Source: Mobula hypostoma
Lineage: Eukaryota
Direction of reading: 5' to 3'
DNA: 64,000 nt
NCBI RefSeq assembly: GCF_963921235.1
Contig: NC_086109.1
Coordinates: 3,536,001-3,600,000 of the forward strand
Of the stretch, positions 36,223 to 48,894 are shown in pieces. Numbering within the stretch: the stretch's first letter is position 1; every line of letters begins with the position of its first letter. A program made the translations under genes and the position numbers. The notes below the pieces were generated by a model that had not been told where the DNA came from, ran no database searches, and was given only the letters and a program-made list of their open reading frames with translations.

Positions 36223-38174
36223 GAAATAAATGAAACTAACAAAATGAGTTGCAGAGTTCTTGAAAGATGAGGCTAACATTAAATATTCCTCTAAGTAATC
36301 TTTCTTGAAATGGTTTTCAGAATAAATAATAACTTAAATAGACAACCTGCATTTTCCGGCATTCTTTGCAGGCTCGATTTCTCAAAGCATGTTACAATAA
36401 ATAACGTCTGTTCAGTGTGTGGGGTCTGTTGGGGCAAAGAGTTGTGTTACTTCTCGTAAACAGGGGCCACTATAACTGATTCCAGTTTGTAGGTGAATCC
36501 CTCCATTTAAAGCTGTCGATGACATCATTTCACATTTTTAATACTTCCTTGTAACGGGATCTCTTGTTGAAGTTTTCATTGGGCCTGCACCTGCAGAGCG
36601 TACTGTAGTTAAGTGTAGATTTGCATTGCTGAACTGTTTCAACACCTTGGCAGTTCGTGACAGTCCACGAGTATTTCATGTCATGTTGCAGACGTTGGGT
36701 TTTGCTGAGTTTTTAACTAAGTAGCCCTCTTGCCCTGTTCCCCAGAGATGAAGCCAAATCGCGACACACTGCACAATGCATCTGGCACTAATGCATTCAG
36801 AGAATAACGCAGCAGTGTCTGCAGACAACAATGTAACGGACTGATCAAGTGGACATTGCACACGTAACAGCCATTGAAGGGAATAGTTGGTATTTTGCAT
36901 GTCTTTAGAGCAGCCTCCTTCCTGACTAAATGGGGCTCTGACACCAAAGGTTCTAATAGCCCATTTAGCAGACTGCCGGAGCCGCAGCGTGAAAGTCCCC
37001 TGCTGCTCCTGCCTTTGCAGTGCTTTGCAGAGGACTTTTTGAAGGAATGCTACATTCTGAAAACCATCTGTCACTCCCAGACAGGGCAATGTGTCAAAGC
37101 TACAATTAATGGCTTCAGCATCTGGAAGGGGGTCAGCATGCGTGAGTGGGCTGGTTGAAAGGCAGACAAGAGGCAGGAGGAGATTAGAAAGGGCAGCGCT
37201 TTGTATGGGCAATGCTTTTTTGTCTCGGTGTAGCTCAGCAGCCATTTCTTTGTCGATTTTACACTCTGAACCGGGAGTAACTCTGGTCTGGGTCACTGCA
37301 GGATTCACTCCTCCAGAGCACTCTCAGTGGGAGAGTACAGAAGACAAGAGTGCCTTTCTCCAGCTGTGCGTCCCAGGCAGTGTTGCAGTAGAGTTGTACT
37401 GAGAGGCAGTTTCTCCAGTGGGAACCCCAGGAGACTTTGGGCTCTGGCATCATCCATGCGGCTGTACAGGATGCTGTTAATTTTTTACACAAGATTTGGT
37501 CAAACCTAAACTGTGCATTGTTCCCAGATTACTCTGGCTACATGCTTCGCTAAAGTCTGGATTCATGGACACATATTTCGCTCGGCAGGATAGGGTGTTT
37601 TGATGAGGGGATGAGGGATTAATTATCTGAGAAACGTGGGTTCACTGTTGTGAATCTTTGGCTGGTGGAGAAACTCCAGGCTATGTATAATGCACCCAGG
37701 TGGGGGTGGGGGGGGGCTGTATAATTTACTCCCAGGTGAGCTATACAATATACTGAGGGGGCTGTGTAACAAACTCCGGGGTGGGGGGAGTGTACAACTG
37801 AGTTCCGCTCCACAGGTACCTTTATTTAGACTCCCCCTGGTAGGTTGGGGAGATGTTCTGATCAGTTCTTTCTCACTGGAGACGGGATGAAATTTCCTTG
37901 ACGACCTGTCCTAGGAATCATCAAACGATGAAGACTAAAGCATATTCGCTTCCTCCTGGATGGAGTTTCTAAAGTGATTAATGATGTGTTCTGAAGTTCC
38001 TGTTTGTTCCCAGTACTGATCCTATTCAGCTCCGGAAACAAAGGATTTTTATATTTTAACTCTGTATTTTTGTATTTGCGCAGTTTCTCTTCTTTTGCAC
38101 GTTGGTTGTTTGACAGTTCTTGCTAATCTATGTGTTTCACAGACCCATTGTATTTTATTTCTCCAGTAAAGGCT

Positions 38175-38420
38175 TGGGCAGTCATGGTGGTGTAGAGGTG
38201 AGCGTAGAATCATTACGGTGTAGTGACGCAGGTTCAATTCCCACTACCATTTGTACAGAGATGAGAAGTTTGTGTGATCTCCCTGTGACCGTGTGGGTTT
38301 CCTCTGGACACTCTGGTTTCCTCCCACATTCCAAAGACAATGGGTTAGGAGGTTAATTGGTCACATGGGTGTAATTGATGCCACGGGCTCTCTGGGTCCT
38401 GTGCTGTGTCTCTAAGTTTA
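38175..38420 (+). mobile_element. V-SINE nested in a Rex tail (38050-38487)
   Basis: B box GGTTCAATTCCC and V-domain; Rex 3'UTR on both sides. Confidence 0.82.
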
Positions 38421-39055
38421 AAAAATATTCAAGGTTGTATATGGTATCATATACGCACTTTGACAATAAATGTTCCTTGAACTTTGAAAGGAAGGTCTGC
38501 ACCAACATTCGAAGGAACCTTTCTGATTTAAGACGCACTGTTATGGCTTGAAGTAAGGTTAGCTCAGCATTCGTTGTGCTAGGCCTGACTTAATACTTTC
38601 ATTCAGAAGTGTAGGGACGGTAGTCTGCATCTGACCTTCATTGTCACAACAGTTCCATCCCAAAAAACAACGCAGTCATCCTTGTGTAAAATTCAATCTA
38701 TAATTTTATTGTTTATCCAGCCAGTGCGGGTAGCTTGCTGCGAAGGGCTTGTATTTATAAATGTGATGAATCGCCTTGTACAGATCCAATGTAATTAATC
38801 CCAACCATCCGTTCTTTTGCATAACCTTCAATTTGGGATGAGAGACATTGTTTATGTTCAATTATAGCTGAACTGGAGATGACTTCTAATAATTTATTCC
38901 ACTACTGTAACTCGCTGTCACTGCTAACTCTAGCACATTTTATCAAAGCGTTGACCCCCAGCACACTCTTTTCTTTTCAACTCACACCATCATGCTGAGT
39001 CCTGTGTGGGGAAGGAAAGGAAGTCTGGGCTGCGAACTGAACAAGACTACAGCCT

Positions 39056-41070
39056 TCAACCACACTGGCTGAAGTGAACCCATATCACACCCAACCGCAC
39101 TGGCTGAGATAAACCCAGATCACACCCAACCACAGTGGCTGAGATAAACCCAGATCACACCCAACCACAGTGGCTGAGATAAACCCAGATCACACCCAAC
39201 CACAGTGGCTGAGATAAACCCAGATCACACCCAACCACAGTGGCTGAGATAAACCCAGATCACACCCAACCACACTGGCTGAGATAAACCCAGATCACAC
39301 CCAACCACACTGGCTGAGATAAACCCAGATCACACCCAACCACAGTGGCTGAGATAAACCCAGATCACACCCAACCACACTGGCTGAGATAAACCCAGAT
39401 CACACCCAACCACACTGGCTGAGATGAACCCAGATCACACCCAACCACAGTGGCTGAGGTGAACCCAGATCACACCCAACCGCACTGGCTGAGATAAACC
39501 CAGATCACACCCAACCACAGTGGCTGAGATAAACCCAGATCACACCCAACCACACTGGCTGAGGTGAACCCAGATCACACCCAACCACACTGGCTGAGGT
39601 GAACCCAGATCACACCCAACCACACTGGCTGAGATAAACCCAGATCACACCCAACCACAGTGGCTGAGATAAACCCAGAACACACCCAACCACAATGGCT
39701 GAGGTGATCCCAGATCACACCCAACCACACTGGCTGAGGTGAACCCAGATCACACCCAACCGCACTGGCTGAGATAAACCCAGATCACACCCAACCACAC
39801 TGGCTGAGATAAACCCAGATCACACCCAACCGCACTGGCTGAGGTGAACCCAGATCACACCCAACCACACTGGCTGAGATGAACCCAGATCACACCCAAC
39901 CACACTGGCTGAGATAAACCCAGATCACACCCAACCACACTGGCTGAGATAAACCCAGATCACACCCAACCACAGTGGCTGAGATAAACCCAGATCACAC
40001 CCAACCACACTGGCTGAGATAAACCCAGATCACACCCAACCGCACTGGCTGAGGTGAACCCAGATCACACCCAACCACACTGGCTGAGATGAACCCAGAT
40101 CACACCCAACCACACTGGCTGAGATAAACCCAGATCACACCCAACCACACTGGCTGAGGTGAACCCAGATCACACCCAACCACACTGGCTGAGATAAACC
40201 CAGATCACACCCAACCACAGTGGCTGAGATAAACCCAGATCACACCCAACCACAGTGGCTGAGATAAACCCAGATCACACCCAACCACAGTGGCTGAGAT
40301 AAACCCAGATCACACCCAACCACAGTGGCTGAGGTGAACCCAGATCACACCCAACCGCAGTGGCCGAGATAAACCCAGATCACACCCAACCACAGTGGCC
40401 GAGATAAACCCAGATCACACCCAACCACACTGGCCGAGGTGAACCCAGATCACACCCAACCACACTGGCTGAGATAAACCCAGATCACACCCAACCACAC
40501 TGGCCGAGATAAACCCAGATCACACCCAACCACACTGGCTGAGGTGAACCCAGATCACACCCAACCACACTGGCTGAGGTGAACCCAGATCACACCCAAC
40601 CGCACTGGCTGAGATAAACCCAGATCACACCCAACCACACTGGCTGAGGTGAACCCAGATCACACCCAACTACACTGGCTGAGATAAACCCAGATCACAC
40701 CCAACCGCACTGGCTGAGGTGAACCCAGATCACACCCAACCACACTGGCTGAGATAAACCCAGATCACACCCAACCGCACTGGCTGAGATAAACCCAGAT
40801 CACACCCAACCACACTGGCTGAGATAAACCCAGATCACACCCAACCACAGTGGCTGAGATAAACCCAGATCACACCCAACCACACTGGCTGAGGTGAACC
40901 CAGATCACACCCAACCACACTGGCTGAGGTAAACTCAGATCACACCCAACCACACTGGCTGAGGTGAACCCAGATCACACCCAACCACAGTGGGTGGGGT
41001 AAACTCAGATCACACCCAACCACAGTGGGTGGGGTGAACTCAGATCACACCCAACCACAGTGGGTGGGGT
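39056..41070. repeat. 35-bp minisatellite, about 57 units
   Basis: Unit CACACCCAACCACA(C/G)TGGCTGAG(AT/GT)(A/G)AACCCAGAT repeated in constant phase. Confidence 0.99.
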
Positions 41071-41588
41071 AGTCTAGGACAACAGGACACCGCCTCTTTA
41101 TCTTGTTATTTCACACTCTTGTTATTTATTGTTATTTATAGCTGTTTTTCAACAGTTTGTCATCTTCTGTTCCCCTGCTCTTTCATTGACCCTGTTTACA
41201 GTTACTGCTCTATAGATTTTCTGAGTATGCCCGCAGGAAAAAGAATCTTAGGGTTGAATATGGGGACATGTATGTACTCTGATAATAAAATGCACTTTCA
41301 ACTTTGAATAGGAGGACATCTCTTTTGAACAGATTCTGAACAATTTATTTAGCCTGAGGGTGGTGAATCTGTGGAATTCATTGCCACAGATGACTGTGGA
41401 AGCCAAATCATTGCATGTATTTAAAGCAGAGGTTGATAGGTTCTGATTAGTAAGTGTATCAAAGATTACGAAGAAAAGGCAGGAGAATGGGTTGAGAGGA
41501 ATAATAAATCAGCCATGATGGAATGGTGGAGCAGGCAATGGTCTGAATGGTCTAATTCTGCTCCTGCGGTGTGTTGGTCTTCTGGTTA
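41066..41588 (+). mobile_element. CR1 3' fragment interrupted by a Rex tail (41097-41306)
   Basis: GGGGTAGTCTAGGAC...CCTC | Rex 3'UTR | ATAGGAGGAC...GGTGAATCTGTGGAATTC. Confidence 0.82.
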
Positions 41589-41869
41589 TCCCAAGTCACA
41601 ACTAACCACACCAGGTGGGGTAAATCCAGACCACATCAAACTAGGACTATCTCAGATGAATTAGGTCGAGTCTTCATTAATTATTCCCTTCCTTGTCTTC
41701 GCCACCTTCAAGGATTTGAAGGTGATCTTGGTGTGCCAGTAAAGTAACAGTGCAGAGCGGTGTGACAGTGGTAAGGAGAGCCAATGCAGTCGCAACCACA
41801 CCTCCCGACTTCGCATCAGGCACCTCACTGTGTAGAAACTGTGTCTGTGATGCTGCAGCAAGTTTTTCA

Positions 41870-42188
41870 GTGCACAGTGGTGTGGTGGTTAGCACAGCGC
41901 TTTACAGTACCAGCAATTTGGGTTCACTGCCTGTAAGGAGTTTGTACGTTCTCCCTGTGACCACCTCTGGGTGCGCTGATTTCCACTCGCAGTCCAAAGA
42001 TGGATCATTTGGTAGGCTAATTGTTCATTGTAAATCGTCCCATGACTAGGCTTTGGGTAAAATGGCGGGTTGCTGGCAGGCGTGACTCAAAGGGCTAGCA
42101 GGGTCTGCTCTGTGCTTTATCTCAACAATTAAATCACCCAATAAATAAATGAATAAATGAATAAATGAATGAATGAATGAATGAATGC
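41870..42188 (+). mobile_element. V-SINE with (AATG)n tail
   Basis: Head GTGGTTAGCACAGCGCTTTACAGTACC and V-domain remnant. Confidence 0.85.
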
Positions 42189-42199
42189 ATTAATTTTTT

Positions 42200-42460
42200 T
42201 TCACAGAGGCCCTTCCAGCCTAATTAACCCATGCTAACCAATCACACCATGTATGCAATTAACCAACTAACCTGTGCGTCTTTGGAATTGAGGGGAACCT
42301 GGAGCACACGGAGGAAACCCATGCAATCTTGGGGAGAGCGTGCAGCTTCCTTCCAGACGTACAGAGCCACAACATCATAGGAAAGTACAGTACAGAAACT
42401 GGCCCTTCAGCCCGTCTAATTCGTGCTGAACCATTTAAACTGCCTAGTCCCATGACCTGC
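42200..42460 (-). mobile_element. V-SINE fragment followed by a CR1 tail
   Basis: GGAGCACACGGAGGAAACCC; ACAGTACAGAAACTGGCCCTTCAGCCC. Confidence 0.72.
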
Positions 42461-43329
42461 AGTCAGACCACTACTTATCTACTTATGCGTATGATAATAA
42501 ACTCAACTTTGACATAGTTGGCACGTAGAGAAATGGAAAAAAAAACTCCCCCAAGCTAAAATAAAAACAACCACGAGGCAACATTTCAGTAATATTAACA
42601 AAGGAATGGAGATTGGTCAGTACACTGATGGCAGTGATGCTGATGGTTGTGGTGGGGGGAGGCAGTGGTCACTTTCACCCTTGAAGCCTTTCACCTGAGA
42701 AGGCAAGTGTTTAATATTCACAGTGAAAGGTAACACCTCACGCAGTGCAGCATTCTCTTGATCCGGCAACCACCTGTCAGCCTGGGCCGTGGATTCAGAT
42801 CTCTGGAGCACTGAGCTGGGAGATTGTCTCCTTGCACATTCCTTCATTCTCGGTTGCTTTAAATTAATTTTCCTGCACCAAATCTGATTTGCAAAGTTTC
42901 ATGTTGGACACGGAGCACGGAATCATACAGCACATGGTCCGAGTTCCTCTATTCCCTGTTTGTGAGCCTGCCTGAGTAGCTGCACTCCCTCCCCTGGCAG
43001 CATGTTCTACATACCTACTCACTCTGTGATTGAAGCAAAGTGACCCTCACATCTCCATTAAACATTACCCCTCACACGTTCAACCTTCACCCTTTAGTGT
43101 CCTCCAAGAAACAGAGCCCATCTCTGTATTTGTGCGGCTGCTAATGGTGAAGCTCCCTTCTGTGGACTGAAACTGGAGACGAGGGATTGATGGTCAGTAA
43201 CTCACTCCCATACAAGTATTGGTTAAAATGTTTTACACTCCAAACCAGACTCAAAACTTTCTGTCAATCTGAGCATAATTTTTCTCTGCCGAGGTAAGGG
43301 ACCATGATGCAAAGCTTTCATCATTCATA

Positions 43330-44300
43330 GCCATAAGATATAGAAGCAGAATTAGGCCATTTGGCCCATTGAGTCTGCCATTTCATCATAGCTAATCCAT
43401 TTCCCTCTTAGACCCAATCTCCTACCTTCTCCCCATATCCCTTCATGCCCTGGCCAATCAATAATCTATCAACCTCTGACTTAAATATACATAGAGACTT
43501 GCCCTGTGGCACCGAATTCCACAGATCCACCAATCTCTGGCTAAAGAAATTCCTCCTCATCTCCATTCCAAAAGGATGCCCCTCTATTCTGAGGCTGTGT
43601 CCTCCGGTTTTGGACTCACTCACCATAGGAAACATCCTCTCCACAAGCACTCTATCAAGTCCTTTCGCCATTTGATAGGTTTCAGTGAGGTCACCCCGTA
43701 TTCTTCTGTATTCTAGTGAATACAGCCCAGCGCTATCAAACCATATGACAACCATTCAATCCTAGAATCATTTTTGTGAACCTCCTTTGAACCCTCTCCA
43801 GTTTCAGCACATCCTTTCTAAGATAAAGGGCCCAAACCTGCTCACAATATTCCAAGTGAGGCCTCACCAGTGCTTTATAAAGTCTCAACATTACATCCTT
43901 GCTTTTATATTCTAGTCCTCTTTAAATGAATGCTAACACTGCATTTGCCTTCCTCACTGCAGAGTCAACCGCAAAATATCCTTTGGGGAATCGTGCACAA
44001 GGACTCCCAAGTCCCTTTGTATCTCAGTTTTTTGTATTTTCTCTCCATTTAGAAAATAGTCAACAAGAATTTCATTTCTTCCACCAAAGTGCATGACCAT
44101 ACCCTTCCCGACACTGAATTCCATTTACTATTTCTTTGCTCATTCTCCTAATCTATCTGAGTCCTTCTGTAGCCTCTCTACATCGTCAAGACTACTTGCC
44201 CCTTCACTATCTTCATATCGTCTGCAAACTTTTCAACAAAGCCATCAATTCCATCATCCAGGTCATTAACATATAACGTAATAAGAATTGGTCCCAACAT
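43330..44300 (-). mobile_element. CR1/HER1 LINE, RT to 3' end
   Basis: LGPIL..LYVNDLDDGIDGFVEKFADD...RGDLTETY...NFFSQRLVDLWN. Confidence 0.93.
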
Positions 44301-45114
44301 GTGACACGACTCCGAGACGTCACAGACAAGCTTCACTGGATGATGTGCAACAGTGTGACTGTACACAGTGTGGCAGTCTGCAAAGAGAAAAGTCTGACTA
44401 GAGTAGTGTTTTAATGTCGCGGGAGGTAACATCACTTTCAGCTCCCTATGTGAGAGTGGTCCTAGTCCGGCTGACGAAAGGAAGTGTGTTGTGTCTGTCT
44501 CTGACCAGTCACACAACTTATGGGATGCACGTTACACTCTGACGGTACTTGGACCATTCTCTCTCTGAGCTTTTCCATTTGTCCAATCATCCTTCGTGTT
44601 TGCAATTTAACTGCCTACTTGGGATTTTAATTTAAGGTATAAACTTGACCTTTGCACCAGAGCAATAAAATTGCTGGTGTTCACATCAGTGCCAGTTTAC
44701 AGTGAAGTAATATTTTTGTTGGATGATTAATCGATACTAAGCCTACAATGTTTGTTCACTCATTCACTTTCATGAATTTTATTGACACTGTGTAATCTCT
44801 CGAGATTTAGCTGGCTAGATGGCCTCTGGAGCCTGGGTGTAAATAAACTCGGTAAGTTTACCAGAAGTACTTTTCATTATAAATGATGACAAATTTACAA
44901 TGGCACATATTGAACAAGTGCGTACATGAGCCAGATTTCTATCACTCCTGATGTACGATGCAGTGCACAGCAAAATTCTCCTGAATTCACTTTGACTTGT
45001 GAACAACATCTTGTCAATAGGAATCCAGGCTCAGGCAGCTCTTGACAGTATTGTTATTGCATGATCTTATTGATAAAACTTTCCAATTAACAAATAAAGC
45101 AACAGGATATTTGG

Positions 45115-45332
45115 AGACACAAGAGATTCTGCAGATAGTGGAGATCTGAGGCACACACTCAAAATGCTGGAGGAACTCAGCAGATCAGGCAGCATTTGTG
45201 GAGGGGATTGGACAGTCAATGCTCCAGGCTGAGAGCAAACCCTCAAACTGGGACAGTCTAAAATGTCAACTGTTCCTTTCCCTCCCTAGAGGCTGTCTGC
45301 CCTGCTGAGTTCCTCCATTGTTCTGTGTGTGG
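45115..45332. mobile_element. Inverted pair of Penelope terminal-repeat fragments
   Basis: Minus copy 45115-45235 and plus copy 45257-45332. Confidence 0.75.
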
Positions 45333-45339
45333 TGTATAA

Positions 45340-45615
45340 TAGGACAGCTCGGTAGTGTAGTGGTTAGCACAACACTTTACACTGAAGGCAACCGGGTTCA
45401 GTTCCTGCAGCTGCCTGTGAGGGGTTTGTACGTTCTCACCATGACCACGTGGGTTTCCTCCGGGTGCTCCAGTTTCCTCCCCAGTCCAAAGGCGTACCAT
45501 TTGGTCATTGTAAACTGTCCTGTAACTAGGCTAGGATTAAATCAGGGCATTGCTGTGTGGCACAGATCACAGGGCTGGAAGGACCTGTTCCATGTTGTAT
45601 CTCAATAAATAAATA
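45340..45615 (+). mobile_element. V-SINE (HE1-like)
   Basis: Head, V-domain, CR1-type tail and AATAAATAAAT. Confidence 0.92.
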
Positions 45616-45819
45616 TTTTTCAGGTTGGTAAGAGTCTTAATGTTAACCAGGGGTCTGTGCCAGTAAAATCATTTTACCAGGTAGATGAACACACTTCATA
45701 TTTAGTAGTTTATCCTGACCTAAACAAGGAACATTATCCACATGCAACACAGATTCTTATTGGCAAACTTGCATCAGAAAGTTTCATGTGGGTGTAAATG
45801 AAGTGGATTCTAGCGTCCT

Positions 45820-46235
45820 TACATTTGGGTGAGAAGACCCTTGAGTGAGTGCAGGATAGATCTCCCGGAGGACTCCTAGCATTGCATCCGGGGTTACAGC
45901 CCCACTGTTAAACTGGAGAGGCTGGTGTCCACATTGGACAGCAAGGGTCAGAAGAAACTTGATTGAGATGGATGTGATCATGCTGGCTTTTGAGAAGGTA
46001 GAGAGAATTGTTCTCATCAGGAGTCAGGTTTAAGGTTTGGGTAGGTAGATGTATAACAGTGATTATGATCCCGAATTCTTGGCCAGTAGACGACAAATCA
46101 GGGCTGTCTAAGGGGGATTGGATGGCATTCAAACGAGATGATGAGGAGGGCCATAGGAAAGGAGCAGGAGAACAGAGGTAATGGATTCCCTTCACTGGGA
46201 GCTGGCAGAGAATCAATGCGCTGGTTGATCTGTGC
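45820..46235 (+). mobile_element. Old degenerate CR1 3' fragment
   Basis: AAACTGGAGAGGCTGG...AGAAACTTGATTGAG...GGATGGCATTCAAACGAGA resembles a CR1 end. Confidence 0.55.
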
Positions 46236-46368
46236 CATTAACGTTTTTCTACCAAATATAAAATGGGGCACCTCGTTTCTAGTTAGTTGTAGCGTCTAAT
46301 ACCTTCAGGGCTTTGTGGAGTCACACAGCACAGACTTTGTTCCCTCAGCCCATCACATCGAACCTGAC

Positions 46369-46868
46369 TGTTGTGACTGTGAACAAAGATCCTGGAGAGA
46401 CACTGAAGCTGGTGGATATAGAAGTCTTTTTTTAGCAAAACAAGCAGCAGGCATCATACTGGAGACACTCATGAAAGAAGAGGCCTGCCTGGCCCAATTT
46501 TACATGACATTTTTACATGCTAAGGATCAAAGGTAACAGCCGGACCATTCTACAGTTACAATGAATCTACAGTGCTTCCTTTGAATTACATATTGTTTTC
46601 AAACATCTCTGTCTTCACAGCAACACTCCAGACACACAAAACGAACATTAATCCCCACTGACTCTGGCTGCATTCATGCATTTGTGGGCATCTCAGGTCA
46701 AACAGAGTATTCTTACACTTGCAATCGACCCCAGTCCACAGCTCCAAGAAGACTATTGTTCTGAACTGCATTTTAAACTCAATCTACAATCCCTGTTCCA
46801 CTCTGAAGACTGATTGCTGCTTGAATTAATATTTGCTATATACCATAACTCCAGAATACACCTCAGCA
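46369..46868. mobile_element. Probable solo LTR (500 bp) inside a CR1 tail
   Basis: TGTTG...CAGCA termini and flanks CTGAC/GTGAC. The CR1 tail at 46320-46368 resumes at 46869. Confidence 0.65.
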
Positions 46869-47784
46869 GTGACCACAGGTACCCATCCTCACTAATCCCA
46901 TTTACTAGTAATTGGTCAACAAACTTCAGTACTGTGTGGGTCTTTGCCGCCACTATCCACCCTTTCAGGGAGTGCATTCCAGATTCTAAAATGTTCTTCT
47001 TTCGATCCTATCCCTGCCCCGGACCTATGCCCTCTAATTTTAGACATGACTCGCATGGTGAGGTCTCCTACCTGTGTCCCTCTGTCAGCTTCCTTCTCTA
47101 TATGTCAATTGCACATTGCCAACTCTCAGGGCCACTGCCATATGGGGTGGGCAGGTATGGTTGTGGAAGATGTTGGCGTAGAGGAGTGGAGTGAGTTTCA
47201 TCCCTGGGCACAGAACCGTGTGGTGTCCTCTGGACAAATGCGATTAGATGAAGTAAGAGCGAGGGAGTGTGTGCAACAAGGCAAAGTCAGATCAGGCTTG
47301 TTGGACCCGGCTGCAGTTTCCTGCAACAAACCACACTTTACATCACTGTGAAAACCAAGTTCAGGGTGTGAAAAGTCAGAATCAGGAGATCCCAACCTTT
47401 CTCATGCCATGGGCCAACACCATTGAGCAAGGTCATGGACCCCAGGTTGGCAGCACCTAGTCTGGAGGCTCTGAGGAGATGGGCATTCAGCCCTTTGGAT
47501 AGAACGCTCATGGCTAATCCTTTATTCAAATACTATATTCCCAGCTTCTCCCTGATTCCTCAAAGCCTTTCATATCTAGAATCTGTCTATCTCCTCACAA
47601 AACTCCATCATTCCTGATCTCCTTCTGCTGTTCCATTCTGCCCCAAACCTGTCTGCCATCTTCCCAACAGCTGCTGAAGAAGTTTTACCCCTCCTGCTTG
47701 AAAGTGTTGGATGGCATCTGAGATCACAGCGAGAAAAATAATTAATGTATGACTCCTGCTGAATCACCAAGTAATGCTTTGGTA

Positions 47785-48108
47785 AGATTTACTTGACACC
47801 CTATACCAAAACATTGAAACGCAGTCGAAATAAGTTGTTTTGTGTCAACGACCAATACAGTCCGAGGAAGTGCTGGGGGCCACTCACTAGTGCCGCCATT
47901 CTTCCGGCGCCAACATACGTAGAATGCCCAGAATTTACTAATACTACCCTGACATCTTTGAAACGTGGGAGGAAACCAGAGCACCCAGAGGAAACCCACG
48001 CAGCTGTAGAGAGAGTGAGCAAACTCCTTACAGACAATGGCAGGAACCAAACCCTGATCTTCCGATCACAGGCACTGTGAAGTGTTACAATAAGCACCAT
48101 GTTCTGCC
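47785..48108 (-). mobile_element. V-SINE variant with non-CR1 tail
   Basis: V-domain plus a tail homologous to 4700-4815 and 13830-13930. Confidence 0.8.
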
Positions 48109-48894
48109 ATGTGCACGTCTGAGGAGAAGATAATTCCCAACGTCTCCAGAATTAACTTCCCCGGACGTGCTGTGTGTGTGGAATCATCTGTCAGCACTCA
48201 CTGGCGTTGTTGGAATGTGGCTGATCACAGAATGCGGCCCCTTCACCTTGACATCTGTGGAGACCTTGGACAAATATTGTGCCCCAGATATAGACCTGCC
48301 CAGCATGTGACAGGACGAGGAAAAGAATGGGGCTTCTGTTGGTTACAGCTAGGATCTCTGAGCACTGCAGTGTGCTGCAGTCATCAGATGTGGGAGTTCA
48401 CCAGTTGTTGCTGTAGCAGGGCTAAACGTGGCTTAGTTCTCCGAACAGCTGAGGTTCAAGGGTCAGAGAGCATAAAGAAAAGTCTTGTGGCCGAGAGATT
48501 ATCGTATCTGAGACTTTTGCTCAAACAAAGAGGAGGGGTGAGTGAACCTTCTGAGGGGAGACCAGGCATTCCTGCTGGTGAAGGATGGGAGACACGTTGG
48601 TGGGAGGGGGAATGGAGCATTTCTACTGGTGAAGGATGGGAGAGACTGGGTAGAGGAGGGTTGGGGGAGGCATGCGTGACTGTGAGAGGTAAGGGGAGTG
48701 GAGTCATAGATATTCCTGCAGCGGTTAGAGACAGTTCAGAGATGACGAAGAACTCCCCTGATGTCAGTCCATGGTCCAATAACACTTCAGTGACTGAGAA
48801 TCAGTAGTCTTGCCCTAGCATGGACAGCACAGGAAAATGGGGATCAGTGGGGTTTAATGTTGTCACGCTGTCCTGCGATGTGTTACTGAATCTG

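Noticed and set aside
36676..37308. 210-aa minus-strand ORF as a host gene
   Set aside because: No recognisable domain or supported splice structure. Kept only as a region to check.
39056..41070. CRISPR array
   Set aside because: Units abut directly with no unique spacers, there are no cas genes, and the context is vertebrate.
48109..48807. 232-aa ORF
   Set aside because: Composition looks random, it includes a short G-rich duplication, and I recognise no homology.
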